Shown: positions 35,034-45,692, counted from the first letter of the stretch. The stretch is 64,000 nt of DNA from Gammaproteobacteria bacterium (GCA_028279365.1 JANQNX010000014.1:143921-207920); one strand, 5' to 3'. Notes: a model not told the origin generated them from the sequence alone. Translations and numbers: made by a program.

Positions 35034-37547
35034 TTAGTTAGATAAGTTTGATTTACGTTGTTCCACATAGGAATAAAGCGCTGTTTTACTTTCTTTAAAC
35101 ACTTCTTTGAGTTCTATCAAAAGCGATGATAAATCATCATGGTTTTTCGATCTGGAAGCTTTGTAAATATTATCGGCAGATTTCGATAAGCGGGTAGCGC
35201 CAATTGAACGTGAACTGCCGTCCAATGTATGAGCATGTTCGTCTATATTATTGTAACTATTCTGGCTAACGGCATTATCGAGTTTTGTTATTGTTTCTTC
35301 TGCATCTTTGCAGAAATTACTGACAAGGTCAGCGACAAAGTTTTTTGTTTTAGACATTTGATTGAGCGAATCGAGTAAATCAGAGTCTATGATCGGCAAA
35401 TTTTTAGGATCGTTGATACTGACAATATTATGAGGAGAACTATTATCAGAGATGATATGCATATTTTTATCTCTATAAAGATCAGTAACTGTGTTTAATA
35501 GTCTTTCCGGTTCAATAGGTTTAGTGAGAAAGGCATCCAGTCTTGCTTCTTTACATGCCTCATAGGCTTCTTTCGTTGCGTTGGCCGTCAACATGATTAT
35601 TGGAATATGCCTGTTCTCCGGATACATGAAACGATACATCTTGGCGGCTTCAATGCCGTTCATAATCGGCATATGCATATCAAGTATGATGAGATCGTAT
35701 TCCTTCTGTTCCAGATAATCTAGAATAATTTCGCCATTTTCAACGATAGTCACCTGATGATTGCCGTGTTCGAGTATATTGCGAATTACCTTTTGATTGG
35801 TTTCATTATCCTCACCGACAAGTATGCTTAGGCTTTTACGGGCATAATCTGTGTTAAGTTCTGGTTCTCTCAATATGTTTCTTCCTGAATTGTCTGCATA
35901 GTCATTGGCAGCAACAAGAGCATGTAACGACCTGAATAATGATGTTCTTTCGGGCTTACTACTTATTATGGAGGCATAGCCAGCCGCCAGCTGATTACTG
36001 ATTTCACTATTATTATCAGTACAATCCGAGACCAATATTGCATGTGTATTCTTACTTATTGATTTAATTTCGTTGATTAACAGGAACGGGGAGGTATCCA
36101 GCTGCCGTTGAAAAACTAATGCAATCTGATAGCGACGATTTTCCATCATTTCTAACGCGCTGTGTGCATCGGTTGCCAGGTCAAAATCGATCATCCAGTT
36201 TTTAAGCTGTTCTGAAATATAATGATTTTGCTCAGTATTTGATGTAATCAATATGATGTTTGATTTATTAAGCTGTTCTAGCGAATGCTTTTCCTCAGAC
36301 AATACCTTTTGTCTTTGCAACATCAATTCAAACCAAAATGCGGAACCTTTATTTAATTTGCTGCTAAAGTCGATCACGCCACCCATTGCCTCAACTAGCT
36401 GTTTGGCTATTGCCATGCCAAGGCCTGTGCCGCCAAACTTCCTGGTTGTCGATTCATCGGCCTGGGTGAATTTTTCAAAAAGTTTGGCTTTTGATTCTTT
36501 CGGAATGCCAATTCCCGTATCAACAATTTTGAACCTCAGTTTAACGTCTGTATCCATGATCAAAATCGGTTCTACGTATATCTGGATTGAACCTTGTTCA
36601 GTGAACTTAATCGCATTGCTAATTAAATTAATAATAATTTGACGTAAATGTTGTTCATCTCCACGTAATAGAAAAGGGATTTCCGGTGATATGTGTATGT
36701 TAAGTACTAGTCCTTTATGTTCTGCTTGCGGCGCGAGCATATGTGAAGTTGAGTTAACCAATGAATGCAAGTCAAAGTCTACTTCTTTAATTGTCGTTTT
36801 GCCGGCCTCGATTTTTGATATATCCAGGATGTCATTAATCAGTGCCAGCAAAGTTTTTGCAGACGCTTTTATTGTTGACGCATAGTCCTTTTGTTGAATG
36901 TCAAGATCAGTTTTGTCAAGCAAGCCACTCATACCAATTACGCCATTCAGCGGTGTACGTATTTCATGACTCATATTTGCCAGAAATTGACTTTTTGCTT
37001 CATTTGCCGCCTCGGCAGAATTAATGGCTTTTCGTAACTGTGATATCAGTGTGGATACGTATACGGTCAAAATTATGATAGTGACTAAAAAACCATAGCT
37101 AAGAAATTTCTGTTCATGCCAGTATTCAACGTTGGTTAACACAAAACAAAAGCCAATAATGCTTAACAACATGCACGAGAACAAGTATTTATTACCGTAA
37201 CGAAAACCATATCCAAATGTGATGAATAGATAAGAGCCGATTAAGGGTGCACCATAACTACCTAAATGATACAAGGCATATGAAATGAGAACCGCATCGG
37301 AAATCATACCTATGTACCTCCTGTATGGAAGAGGTTTAGGGTTAAGAACCACCCAACAAAAAATTGCAATGCAAATTAAGAGATATTGAATTGGCGCTAT
37401 AACGGCTTGCGGAGGAAGTAATCTATATTCATATTCAATCCATAAAATATAAAAAAGCCAGATTGTTCCCATTATTAGTTTGACGAAGCACTGTATATGT
37501 TCAGAGTCCTCTCTGTTCTCCAGCCGACTTTTGATTATGTTAAACAT
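35034..37547 (-). CDS. rpfC: RpfC-like hybrid sensor histidine kinase (5TM-HisKA-HATPase-REC-HPt)
   Basis: N-terminal 5-TM sensor. H-box [10 protein letters not shown]. HATPase G-boxes. An intermediate receiver-like segment. A receiver domain ([14 protein letters not shown]). C-terminal HPt ([13 protein letters not shown]). The gene is markedly AT-rich. Confidence 0.85.
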   Translation of the reverse strand: MFNIIKSRLENREDSEHIQCFVKLIMGTIWLFYILWIEYEYRLLPPQAVIAPIQYLLICIAIFCWVVLNPKPLPYRRYIGMISDAVLISYALYHLGSYGAPLIGSYLFITFGYGFRYGNKYLFSCMLLSIIGFCFVLTNVEYWHEQKFLSYGFLVTIIILTVYVSTLISQLRKAINSAEAANEAKSQFLANMSHEIRTPLNGVIGMSGLLDKTDLDIQQKDYASTIKASAKTLLALINDILDISKIEAGKTTIKEVDFDLHSLVNSTSHMLAPQAEHKGLVLNIHISPEIPFLLRGDEQHLRQIIINLISNAIKFTEQGSIQIYVEPILIMDTDVKLRFKIVDTGIGIPKESKAKLFEKFTQADESTTRKFGGTGLGMAIAKQLVEAMGGVIDFSSKLNKGSAFWFELMLQRQKVLSEEKHSLEQLNKSNIILITSNTEQNHYISEQLKNWMIDFDLATDAHSALEMMENRRYQIALVFQRQLDTSPFLLINEIKSISKNTHAILVSDCTDNNSEISNQLAAGYASIISSKPERTSLFRSLHALVAANDYADNSGRNILREPELNTDYARKSLSILVGEDNETNQKVIRNILEHGNHQVTIVENGEIILDYLEQKEYDLIILDMHMPIMNGIEAAKMYRFMYPENRHIPIIMLTANATKEAYEACKEARLDAFLTKPIEPERLLNTVTDLYRDKNMHIISDNSSPHNIVSINDPKNLPIIDSDLLDSLNQMSKTKNFVADLVSNFCKDAEETITKLDNAVSQNSYNNIDEHAHTLDGSSRSIGATRLSKSADNIYKASRSKNHDDLSSLLIELKEVFKESKTALYSYVEQRKSNLSN

Positions 37548-37580
37548 TAGTACAACCTATGTTAAGTAACGCTATCGAGT

Positions 37581-38645
37581 CTATCGATTGTTATCTTGAA
37601 TATTAACTATATCAAGCAATGCATCGACACAAGCAGGATCGAAATGTTTACCTTTTTCAGAGATGAGGTATTCCTTGGCATGCTCAATTGGCCATGCTTT
37701 TTTATAAGGACGTTGATTGGTTAACGAATCAAATACATCAGCAACCGCAGTTATTCTTGCTTCAATCGGAATCTCGGATTCGCCTATCGCGTTGGGATAG
37801 CCTTTGCCGTTGTATTTTTCGTGATGATTAAGCGCGATGATTGCACCTGTTTGTAAATAAGGAGAGGGACTGTCTTTCAATAATTCATAGCCAATCTCTG
37901 TATGCGATTTCATTATAGTAAATTCTTCGCCAGTTAATTTACCTTGTTTCATCAGGATGTTATCTGCAATTGCAATCTTGCCTACATCATGCAGTGGAGA
38001 AGCCAGCTTGATTATTTCCGCCCGTTCTGCATCGATCCCCATCTTTATTGAGATTTGATGTGCAAATGAGGCGATACGTTTGAGGTGTTCCCCGGTAATG
38101 CAGTCTTTAAACTCGCAGGCACGGGTCAATCGATTCAGCGTTTCCTGTTCTCTCAGTAATAGTTCATCTGAATTGCGGTTGACTAAAAACTGAAGTACGT
38201 CTGTTTTATGTTCCAGACGCGATTGATGTTTGGACAAGGCCAGCAAATTTTTACATCGGGCTTTACATTCAGCTTGATCAAAGGGTTTATTGAGGAAATC
38301 ATTTACGCCAGATTCAAGTGCATTATGTAACGTCGATTTATCATCCATGATAGTGATCATGATAACGGGCACGTTTTTACAGCCCGGCACATGTCTTACC
38401 GACTGTGTGAATTCAATACCATTCATCTCCGGCATTTTAAAATCGGTAATAATGAGATCAGGGGGGCTGAGTCTGGCATCGGTTAATGCCGCCAAAGGGT
38501 GTTTGAACGCCCGGATCTGTATATCAGAATCAATGTTTCTGACAATCTCGGTCAGGATATTCAGGCTGACCGACTGATCGTCAACTATCATGACAGTTGA
38601 AGCCGAGTAATTTGCCGATATATCGTCGATAGAAATGGGTAGCAT
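37581..38645 (-). CDS. rpfG: RpfG-like response regulator with HD-GYP phosphodiesterase domain
   Basis: REC domain (VMIVDDQ...ITDFKMPEMNG) fused to HD-GYP (HLKRIASFAH, HDVGK, HHEKYNGKGYP). The GYP box has Asn in place of the usual Asp. Confidence 0.8.
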   Translation of the reverse strand: MLPISIDDISANYSASTVMIVDDQSVSLNILTEIVRNIDSDIQIRAFKHPLAALTDARLSPPDLIITDFKMPEMNGIEFTQSVRHVPGCKNVPVIMITIMDDKSTLHNALESGVNDFLNKPFDQAECKARCKNLLALSKHQSRLEHKTDVLQFLVNRNSDELLLREQETLNRLTRACEFKDCITGEHLKRIASFAHQISIKMGIDAERAEIIKLASPLHDVGKIAIADNILMKQGKLTGEEFTIMKSHTEIGYELLKDSPSPYLQTGAIIALNHHEKYNGKGYPNAIGESEIPIEARITAVADVFDSLTNQRPYKKAWPIEHAKEYLISEKGKHFDPACVDALLDIVNIQDNNR

Positions 38646-38698
38646 TCTTTATTATCCGTAACTATTTCAGCCGCCGCAGCGTTTTATTTAATTATAGT

Positions 38699-39259
38699 CT
38701 ATGTGTCCTTTTTTAATAGAAGATAAATAGCGCCAGTACCGCCATCGACCTGTCTGGCAGAGCAGTAAGCGAGCACATCATCACGTTGTTGTAGCCAGTG
38801 ATTCAATTTATTCTTTATTACCGGTTTTTTATTTTTTGATCCCAGCCCCTTGCCATGAATGACTCTGACACAGCGCTTGCCTCTACTCTGACAATATTTT
38901 AAAAAATCAGATAAAGCAGCGCGCGCAAGGTCTACAGTTAACCCATGTAAGTCTAGCTCATCTTCAATGGGAAAAACTCCTTTTCTTAGTTTGCGCATGG
39001 TCTGTTTCTGAATACCGGGGCGCAGAAAAAACAGTTCATCACCCGTTTCCAGCGTTGCGGGATCATAGTCACCATCAATCAACTCTTGCATAACGGCGGC
39101 ATCATCCGCTAATGAATGTTTGGGATGGGCAGCAGGGCGGGCCTTATTGGACAGTACGGTCGAATTTTTTATCGGCGTGATATCGCCCACTGCTCGACGG
39201 AATAATTCGCTATCTTCTTCTGATATATCGGATGACTTGGACATCATCATGCTACCCAA
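38699..39259 (-). CDS. smrB: Smr-domain protein (SmrB/YfcN-like)
   Basis: C-terminal Smr domain LDLHGLTxxxAxxxL...RVIHGKG; 186 aa. Confidence 0.7.
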   Translation of the reverse strand: MGSMMMSKSSDISEEDSELFRRAVGDITPIKNSTVLSNKARPAAHPKHSLADDAAVMQELIDGDYDPATLETGDELFFLRPGIQKQTMRKLRKGVFPIEDELDLHGLTVDLARAALSDFLKYCQSRGKRCVRVIHGKGLGSKNKKPVIKNKLNHWLQQRDDVLAYCSARQVDGGTGAIYLLLKKDT

Positions 39260-39355
39260 AATAGGAGTAGTTTAGCGTAAGCCTCAACAATTGTCAGGCT
39301 AAGCAATGTGCCAATAACTATTTTTCTTAACAGTTATAGGTAACCAATAGCGTTT

Positions 39356-42300
39356 TCAGTCAAGCCAACGTCTGGCATTCAGGAATAATTGCATCCAAGG
39401 ACTGTACTCATGTTTCCATTCTCTCGGCAGCCAGGAAAACTGTTTGCTCAAAAACACACGTTCCGGATGCGGCATCATGATCGTAACCCTGCCATCGGCA
39501 CTACACAGACCAGCAATGCCATTGGCAGAACCGTTTGGATTTAACGGGTAAGTCTCTGTCGGTTTGCCCTGGCTATCGATATAGCGTAGGCTGTTGTGAT
39601 TAGCACTGTCACTGTTTACGCGACCTTCACCATGTGCGACCACAACAGGAATACGCGAGCCAGCCATACCCTTAAATAATATGGATGATGATGGCATCAC
39701 TTCCACCATGACCAATCTGGATTCAAATTGTTCTGATTCATTTCTAACAAAGTCTGGCCAGTCGTTGGTGCCAGGAATTAATTCACGAAGTTGCGACATC
39801 ATTTGGCAGCCATTACAGACACCCAATGCAAACGTATCTTCACGAGTAAAGAAACGTGAAAACATGTCGGTGAGCTTAGGCGTAAACAGTATTGTCTTTG
39901 CCCAACCACCGCCTGCGCCAAGTACATCACCGTAGGAAAATCCGCCGCAGGCGACGAGACCATCAAAGCTATCCAGTGTTTGATTCCCCGCAATTAAATC
40001 CTGCATGTGTACATCAATACAAGTAAAACCAGCCCGATCAAATGCTGCCGCCATTTCTACCTGACCGTTGACACCTTGTTCACGTAAGATTGCAACTTTC
40101 GGCTTGCTTGCCTGCGTAATATGAATAGCCGGTAATTCGGTTAAAGAAAAATTGACGTCTAATGAGAGTCCTCGGTGTGATGAATCACTGATCAATGCAA
40201 ACTCCTGTTTGGCACACTCCGGGTTGTCGCGCAAGGATTGCATTCCGAAACTGGTTGCTGCCCAGTCTTGTTGTAGTTTGTTCAAGGCAGCACTGTAGAC
40301 AACATCATTGTTATTCACGATTTCAACAATGGCATCATCATGAATTGACGCAACTTGCTGGACAGCACTTTGATCAAAACCGGCTCGTTCAAATGTGTCC
40401 AACACGTTTTTCAAATCACGCTGTCGTATTTGTATTACCGCGCCAAGTTCTTCATTGAACAAAAACTCTAGTGGTTGATGGTCATCACAAGAGATGCTGA
40501 GTCCGCAACGTGCTGCAAATGCCATTTCCAGAAGCGTGACAATGAGTCCTCCATCTGAACGATCGTGATAAGCAAGAATCAGATCGGATTCGTTTAACAA
40601 CTGAATGCAGTTGAAGAATTGTAATAATAAATCGACGTTATCGACATCAGGGGTCTCATCGCCAAATTGTTCAAATACCTGGGCAAGAACAGAGCCTCCC
40701 AAACGCGCTTTACCCGCGGCTAGATCAATAAACAAAATGACTGTCTCATTATCAGCGACTAACTGCGGGGTCAGTGATTGACGTGTATCAGCAACACGGG
40801 CAAAGGCAGAAATTGTGACAGATAAGGGTGATGTAACCTGTTTCGTAATATCCTGTTCTAGCCAGACGGTATTCATGGATAATGAATCTTTACCAACAGG
40901 GATAGCGATACCCAGTGCCTGACAAAGTTGACTGACTGCTGAGACAGTGGCATATAAATCCGCGTCTTGGCCCGGTTCACCACAGGCCGCCATCCAGTTT
41001 GCCGAGAAGGAAATGTCGTTAATTTTTAATATTCGGGCAGCACAAATATTGAGAATGGCTTCAGCAATAGCCATGCGGCCCGAAGCCGGCGCGTCTATCA
41101 CTGCGATCGGTGTTCGTTCACCCATCGCCATCGCTTCACCGATATAGTCATAATACGAACTGCTGGTGACGGCGCAGTCGGCGACAGGTACTTGCCACGG
41201 GCCGACCATTTGATCGCGTACCACTAAGCCGGATACGGAACGATCGCCGATAGTGATCAGGAATTGTTTACTGGCTACAGTAGGGCAATGCAATACACGC
41301 GAGAGGGCTTCATCAATGAATATATTGTCTGTATTGATGGGCATTGGTGATGTTTTTACAGAATTGACATCGCGTTGTATGGTCGGCATTTTCCCTAACA
41401 GCACCGACATCGGTATATCTATCGCATGATTATTGAAATGTGAGTCATTTAATCTTAGCTGTGGTTCCTGAGTGGCTTCACCCAGTACGGCAAACGGTGC
41501 GCGTTCACGCTGACAGAGTCTTTCGAACTGATCTAACTGATTGGGATCAATCGCCAACACATAGCGTTCTTGGGATTCATTACACCAAATACCCATCGGC
41601 GACATACCGGGTTCGTCATTCGGAATTTTCCTGATTTCCAGATTGGCGCCACGTTCACAGGCGCTCACCAGTTCAGGCATCGCATTAGATAAACCGCCAG
41701 CACCAACATCATGAATACTCAGTATTGGATTACTATCACCCATCGCCCAGCAGCGATCTACGACTTCCTGACAACGGCGCTGCATCTCGGCGTTATCACG
41801 TTGTACCGAAGCGAAATCTAATGACGCATCGCTAGTGCCGGATGCCATTGAAGATGCAGCGCCACCACCGAGTCCGATCAGCATGGCAGGGCCGCCAAGC
41901 ACGATCAGTTTTGCGTCAGCCGGGATAGTATGTTTATCAATATGGGATTCGCGAATCATGCCGTAGCCCCCGGCCAGCATGATCGGTTTATGATAGCCGC
42001 GGATGATGGTGTCGGTTTCCTGTTGCTCGTAACTACGAAAATAACCGCATAAAGCAGGACGGCCGAATTCATTATTATAAGATGCCGCGCCTATTGGCCC
42101 TTCCAGCATAATATCCAGTGCCGATACGATCCGATCCGGTTTGCCGTTGTCTTTCTCCCAAGCCTGATCAAAGCCGGGGATTTTGAGATTTGAAACACTA
42201 AAACCACATAGCCCGGCTTTCGGTTTCGCACCACGACCAGTTGCCGCTTCGTCTCTTATTTCTCCACCGGAACCGGTCGCCGCGCCGGGATGTGGGGAGA

Positions 42301-43213
42301 TTGCGGTCGGATGATTATGGGTCTCGACCTTCATCAAAATGTTGATGCTTTCATCCTGATAGTGATATTCATTCGTTTCCGTATTGATTAAGAAACGTTT
42401 GCCAGCATAGCCTTTCATGACCGCTGCATTGTCATGATAAGCGGACAGTACATTGCCAGGATTGCTCTCATGCGTTTGACGAATCATGCCGAATAGTGAT
42501 TGGTCTTGCTTGTTTCCATCCAACTTAAAGTCAGCGTTAAAAATTTTATGGCGGCAGTGTTCCGAGTTTGCCTGTGCAAACATCATCAACTCGACATCGG
42601 TCGGATTGCGTTGCATTTTTTGAAAGGCATCATATAAATAGTTGATCTCTGCGTCTGATAAGGCCAGTCCCATTGAAGTATTCGCCTCTTCAAGCGCGGC
42701 TTTACCCTGTTGGACAATATCGATATGTTTCAGCGGCTCGGGCTCAGTCGCAGCAAAAAGTACGCTCGCTTGTTCTTCAGTAGAGATAACAATCTCGGTC
42801 ATACGATCATGTAATAGCGAGTGTAATTTCGTTTGTTCGGTTTCGCTTAATGTCGTTGGCGAACTAGCTTGAAGCAGGTAGGCAAGCCCACGTTCGACCC
42901 GATTAATTCTTTGCAGACCTGAATTGTGCAAAATATCAGTTGCCTTACTTGACCAGGGAGAAATCGTACCGGGCCGTGGGATCACGATAAGTTTTTCTCC
43001 GTCGCTTAATTGAGCGACTTGTTCGCCACCATAATTTAACAGTGCGCGCAGTTGTTTATGCTCGTGCTCATTTAGAGACTCATTAAGGTCTACAAAGTGA
43101 ATGAAGTAAGCATCGACCGAGACGATATCCGGAATCAGAGACTGTAATTCGTTAAGTAATTTAGCTAGACGAAAGCCGGATAAGGCCTGGCAACCGGGGA
43201 GTATTAGCATCAA
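39356..43213 (-). CDS. purL: Phosphoribosylformylglycinamidine synthase (large single-chain type)
   Basis: 1285 aa with PurL/FGAM synthase domains and a C-terminal GATase (GVCNGCQ). Confidence 0.95.
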   Translation of the reverse strand: MMLILPGCQALSGFRLAKLLNELQSLIPDIVSVDAYFIHFVDLNESLNEHEHKQLRALLNYGGEQVAQLSDGEKLIVIPRPGTISPWSSKATDILHNSGLQRINRVERGLAYLLQASSPTTLSETEQTKLHSLLHDRMTEIVISTEEQASVLFAATEPEPLKHIDIVQQGKAALEEANTSMGLALSDAEINYLYDAFQKMQRNPTDVELMMFAQANSEHCRHKIFNADFKLDGNKQDQSLFGMIRQTHESNPGNVLSAYHDNAAVMKGYAGKRFLINTETNEYHYQDESINILMKVETHNHPTAISPHPGAATGSGGEIRDEAATGRGAKPKAGLCGFSVSNLKIPGFDQAWEKDNGKPDRIVSALDIMLEGPIGAASYNNEFGRPALCGYFRSYEQQETDTIIRGYHKPIMLAGGYGMIRESHIDKHTIPADAKLIVLGGPAMLIGLGGGAASSMASGTSDASLDFASVQRDNAEMQRRCQEVVDRCWAMGDSNPILSIHDVGAGGLSNAMPELVSACERGANLEIRKIPNDEPGMSPMGIWCNESQERYVLAIDPNQLDQFERLCQRERAPFAVLGEATQEPQLRLNDSHFNNHAIDIPMSVLLGKMPTIQRDVNSVKTSPMPINTDNIFIDEALSRVLHCPTVASKQFLITIGDRSVSGLVVRDQMVGPWQVPVADCAVTSSSYYDYIGEAMAMGERTPIAVIDAPASGRMAIAEAILNICAARILKINDISFSANWMAACGEPGQDADLYATVSAVSQLCQALGIAIPVGKDSLSMNTVWLEQDITKQVTSPLSVTISAFARVADTRQSLTPQLVADNETVILFIDLAAGKARLGGSVLAQVFEQFGDETPDVDNVDLLLQFFNCIQLLNESDLILAYHDRSDGGLIVTLLEMAFAARCGLSISCDDHQPLEFLFNEELGAVIQIRQRDLKNVLDTFERAGFDQSAVQQVASIHDDAIVEIVNNNDVVYSAALNKLQQDWAATSFGMQSLRDNPECAKQEFALISDSSHRGLSLDVNFSLTELPAIHITQASKPKVAILREQGVNGQVEMAAAFDRAGFTCIDVHMQDLIAGNQTLDSFDGLVACGGFSYGDVLGAGGGWAKTILFTPKLTDMFSRFFTREDTFALGVCNGCQMMSQLRELIPGTNDWPDFVRNESEQFESRLVMVEVMPSSSILFKGMAGSRIPVVVAHGEGRVNSDSANHNSLRYIDSQGKPTETYPLNPNGSANGIAGLCSADGRVTIMMPHPERVFLSKQFSWLPREWKHEYSPWMQLFLNARRWLD

Positions 43214-43503
43214 ACTAAGCTGTTTATTCGGAAAGAGAAAATTTTGATTATTTTATCAGCCCTTTGAATTTCAGGCTAAATTATTTTGCTTGAGTTTGAC
43301 TGTTGTTTTTCATCATATATATTTTGGCGGGAATAAAAAACTAGCTGTATCCAATAGTCACTATTTTTCTCTTGCAGACTGACCAATATTGTCTTTCAAA
43401 TTAAAAAAGTAGGCAGAGGGATTTCATAAAACTTACATAATTTTGTAAGAATTGATCGACAAAATACCTGTCTTTGTTTAACGACATATAAGGAAGCTGG
43501 GTA

Positions 43504-44292
43504 ATGAACAATCGGAAAAATTTGATGTTAGCGGTTTCCATTATCGCTTCTGTGTTTTCCTTCGCAGCAGATGCGGCGATGATAGATTTAACCGGTCAGG
43601 GTGGCAATGGGGGTGGTTTTGGCAATAGCCTGAATTTCAATCAGAATGGTATCTCATTAACTGTCAGCGCTTATGGTGAGACCGGTGCTGAGCATCCACC
43701 CGGCTCTTTGTATTATTTATTTGAGACCGCAGAGGTCTATAGTTGGAATAGCGGACTGGGTATTTGCAATCGACATGAGGGAAGTGCTGCTGGGGGGTGT
43801 TCAACAAACGAGCACGAAGTTGATACAGTAAACCGGGATGATCTGTTGGTATTTGAGTTTGACCAGTCGGTAAATTTTGAATCCATTACTGTTGATCCGT
43901 TTAATGGATCAGGAAGCGACCCCAATGATAGAGATATCATTTATTGGGTCGGCCAGGTGAGTCAACCCTTGCACCTGACGAACGAGACTTTTGCGACGCT
44001 CTCTTCCATCACCGGCATTGAGGACGAGATATACAGTCCGGTATCATCCAGCTATTCACCTTTTACTCATAGTTTAACCGGCACAGGAAACATATTATTG
44101 CTCAGTGGTAATTATTACGATTTGGGCTGCAAAAATAAAAATACCAGCAGCGGTTCTGAATGTGAGGCATACAAAATTACCAATATTACTGTTTCAGCTG
44201 CGCCTCCGCCTATTCCAGTTCCTGCAGCATTTTGGTTATTTGCCTCAGGCGTAAGCACATTATTCTGGAGACAACGAAAAGTTGCGGTTTAG
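43504..44292 (+). CDS. VPLPA-CTERM (PEP-CTERM variant) sorting-domain secreted protein
   Basis: Signal peptide, Gly-rich N-region, and C-terminus ...PIPVPAAFWLFASGVSTLFWRQRKVAV (motif + TM + basic tail). AAGGA RBS. Confidence 0.7.
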   Translation: MNNRKNLMLAVSIIASVFSFAADAAMIDLTGQGGNGGGFGNSLNFNQNGISLTVSAYGETGAEHPPGSLYYLFETAEVYSWNSGLGICNRHEGSAAGGCSTNEHEVDTVNRDDLLVFEFDQSVNFESITVDPFNGSGSDPNDRDIIYWVGQVSQPLHLTNETFATLSSITGIEDEIYSPVSSSYSPFTHSLTGTGNILLLSGNYYDLGCKNKNTSSGSECEAYKITNITVSAAPPPIPVPAAFWLFASGVSTLFWRQRKVAV

Positions 44293-44307
44293 ATTATTGT
44301 GGCTAAT

Positions 44308-45171
44308 CTACTTTGCTTCTTCGACTTTAATTAATACGTTGCGCTGTTCCTGTCCTCTTGAACGCGTGCTAATCGCGTTACGATTGCCATCGTCCTTAAA
44401 GTGTTGCGCCGCACCGCCGACCGGTATCCATTGCCCAAGTTTACCGCTTACCGTAGTTTCAATATTCTGTATATCAAAGGTATCCCGTTGTGCAGGATTG
44501 ATGCGTGATAAGGATGGCGACACCAGTAAGGTCACATTGTCACCCTGAAGTCGGGGTAATACATAGAAGCCTGAAGACACATCACGGTATTCCACGCCAT
44601 CCTGAATGATGACACCACCGCCGGTGACGATGGCATTGGAGGTAGGAATCGGTACCGACTGGCCGGTATTGATAAAAGCCGGGTTGCCCTCAAGTGTTGT
44701 CACGCGAAAAACATTTCGATCTTCGATACGCGAGCGTGTTTCCAAAGAACGATAGCGAATGACATTACCATCACTATCGCGTCCTTCAACAATCGTGCCC
44801 CTTCGTCCGGTCTCAGGTACATCCAGATTCACATCTCCTGCCTGATAACGTCCTGACAATCCGCCTTCACTGAGGTTGAAGTTACCATCAATATCTTGTT
44901 TGACACTGATCACAAGATTGCGCGGTGCGTAATCGATTTGTTCAAGTACACCAATAATCTGTTTCAGGTTAGAAGGCGTGGTTTTAACAATGAGTTGGTT
45001 GTTCATTCCCGTCACGGTGCCGCCCTCAGCGACCAGCGGTTTGATAATGGGGACAACATCAGAGACTAGACGATGTTTGAGTGGAATCATTTCAATTTTC
45101 ATCGATTCCGCCATGACTAAATTTGTCAGGCTGAGCAGTGACAGCAGTATAAATGTCAGACGAATATTCAA
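44308..45171 (-). CDS. Periplasmic protein with a single secretin-N (NolW-like) domain
   Basis: Signal peptide MNIRLTFILLSLLSLTNLVMA. Residues about 25-95 match the secretin_N pattern (IPLKHRLVSDVVPIIKPLV...NQLIVKTTPSNLKQIIGVLEQID). No secretin C-domain; the remainder is G/R/D-rich. Confidence 0.6.
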   Translation of the reverse strand: MNIRLTFILLSLLSLTNLVMAESMKIEMIPLKHRLVSDVVPIIKPLVAEGGTVTGMNNQLIVKTTPSNLKQIIGVLEQIDYAPRNLVISVKQDIDGNFNLSEGGLSGRYQAGDVNLDVPETGRRGTIVEGRDSDGNVIRYRSLETRSRIEDRNVFRVTTLEGNPAFINTGQSVPIPTSNAIVTGGGVIIQDGVEYRDVSSGFYVLPRLQGDNVTLLVSPSLSRINPAQRDTFDIQNIETTVSGKLGQWIPVGGAAQHFKDDGNRNAISTRSRGQEQRNVLIKVEEAK

Positions 45172-45683
45172 ATTAATACCCTGCGTAAGTTTGGATCAGG
45201 CGTCGCCGTTTCCCACATTGCGTTAAAGACTTCTAACAGGGCTTTTGACTCGCGTCGGCTATTGAAGTTTACTTTCCCTTTATAGCGTTCACGATTCTCA
45301 CGAAATAAATAACCAACTTCGTCGACGATCATTACCGCCTCATTAAATGATCTATATTCATTAGACGCTTTTCGTAACTCGATAAAGCTGCTCAGTTTAC
45401 CGGCTAAATCCAGTATCTTGTGCCCACGTCGTGAAATCAATGCAGCCTCAAACACAATGACACGAACTTCAGCGTAGCGATTACCAATGACGACTTTCCT
45501 CAGGGCTTCAACAAATTCCGGCTGATCATAAACAAACGGATCCAGTTCCGTGCTGATGATGGAAATTTTCTGTCTGGTTTGGCTAACCAGTTCCAGTGCT
45601 GCATCGGCATTTTCCTGCCGGGTCGAGATATTGATAGCGCCATCAGTCGACTGGCCTAAATCATAATCAGAAAAATCAATCAT
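45168..45683 (-). CDS. Hypothetical cytoplasmic protein (171 aa)
   Basis: ORF 9 nt after the purB stop, overlapping the downstream gene by 4 nt, which implies an operon. I recognised no motifs. Confidence 0.5.
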   Translation of the reverse strand: MIDFSDYDLGQSTDGAINISTRQENADAALELVSQTRQKISIISTELDPFVYDQPEFVEALRKVVIGNRYAEVRVIVFEAALISRRGHKILDLAGKLSSFIELRKASNEYRSFNEAVMIVDEVGYLFRENRERYKGKVNFNSRRESKALLEVFNAMWETATPDPNLRRVLI

Positions 45684-45692
45684 GCGCTTCAG

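Noticed and set aside
43214-43503. Possible sRNA or PurR box in the 290 bp purL / VPLPA-gene intergenic region
   Set aside because: There are only short hairpins (for example CTTACA-TAATTT-TGTAAG) and no convincing PurR palindrome (ACGCAAACGTTTGCGT-like). Nothing is beyond what is expected in an AT-rich promoter region.
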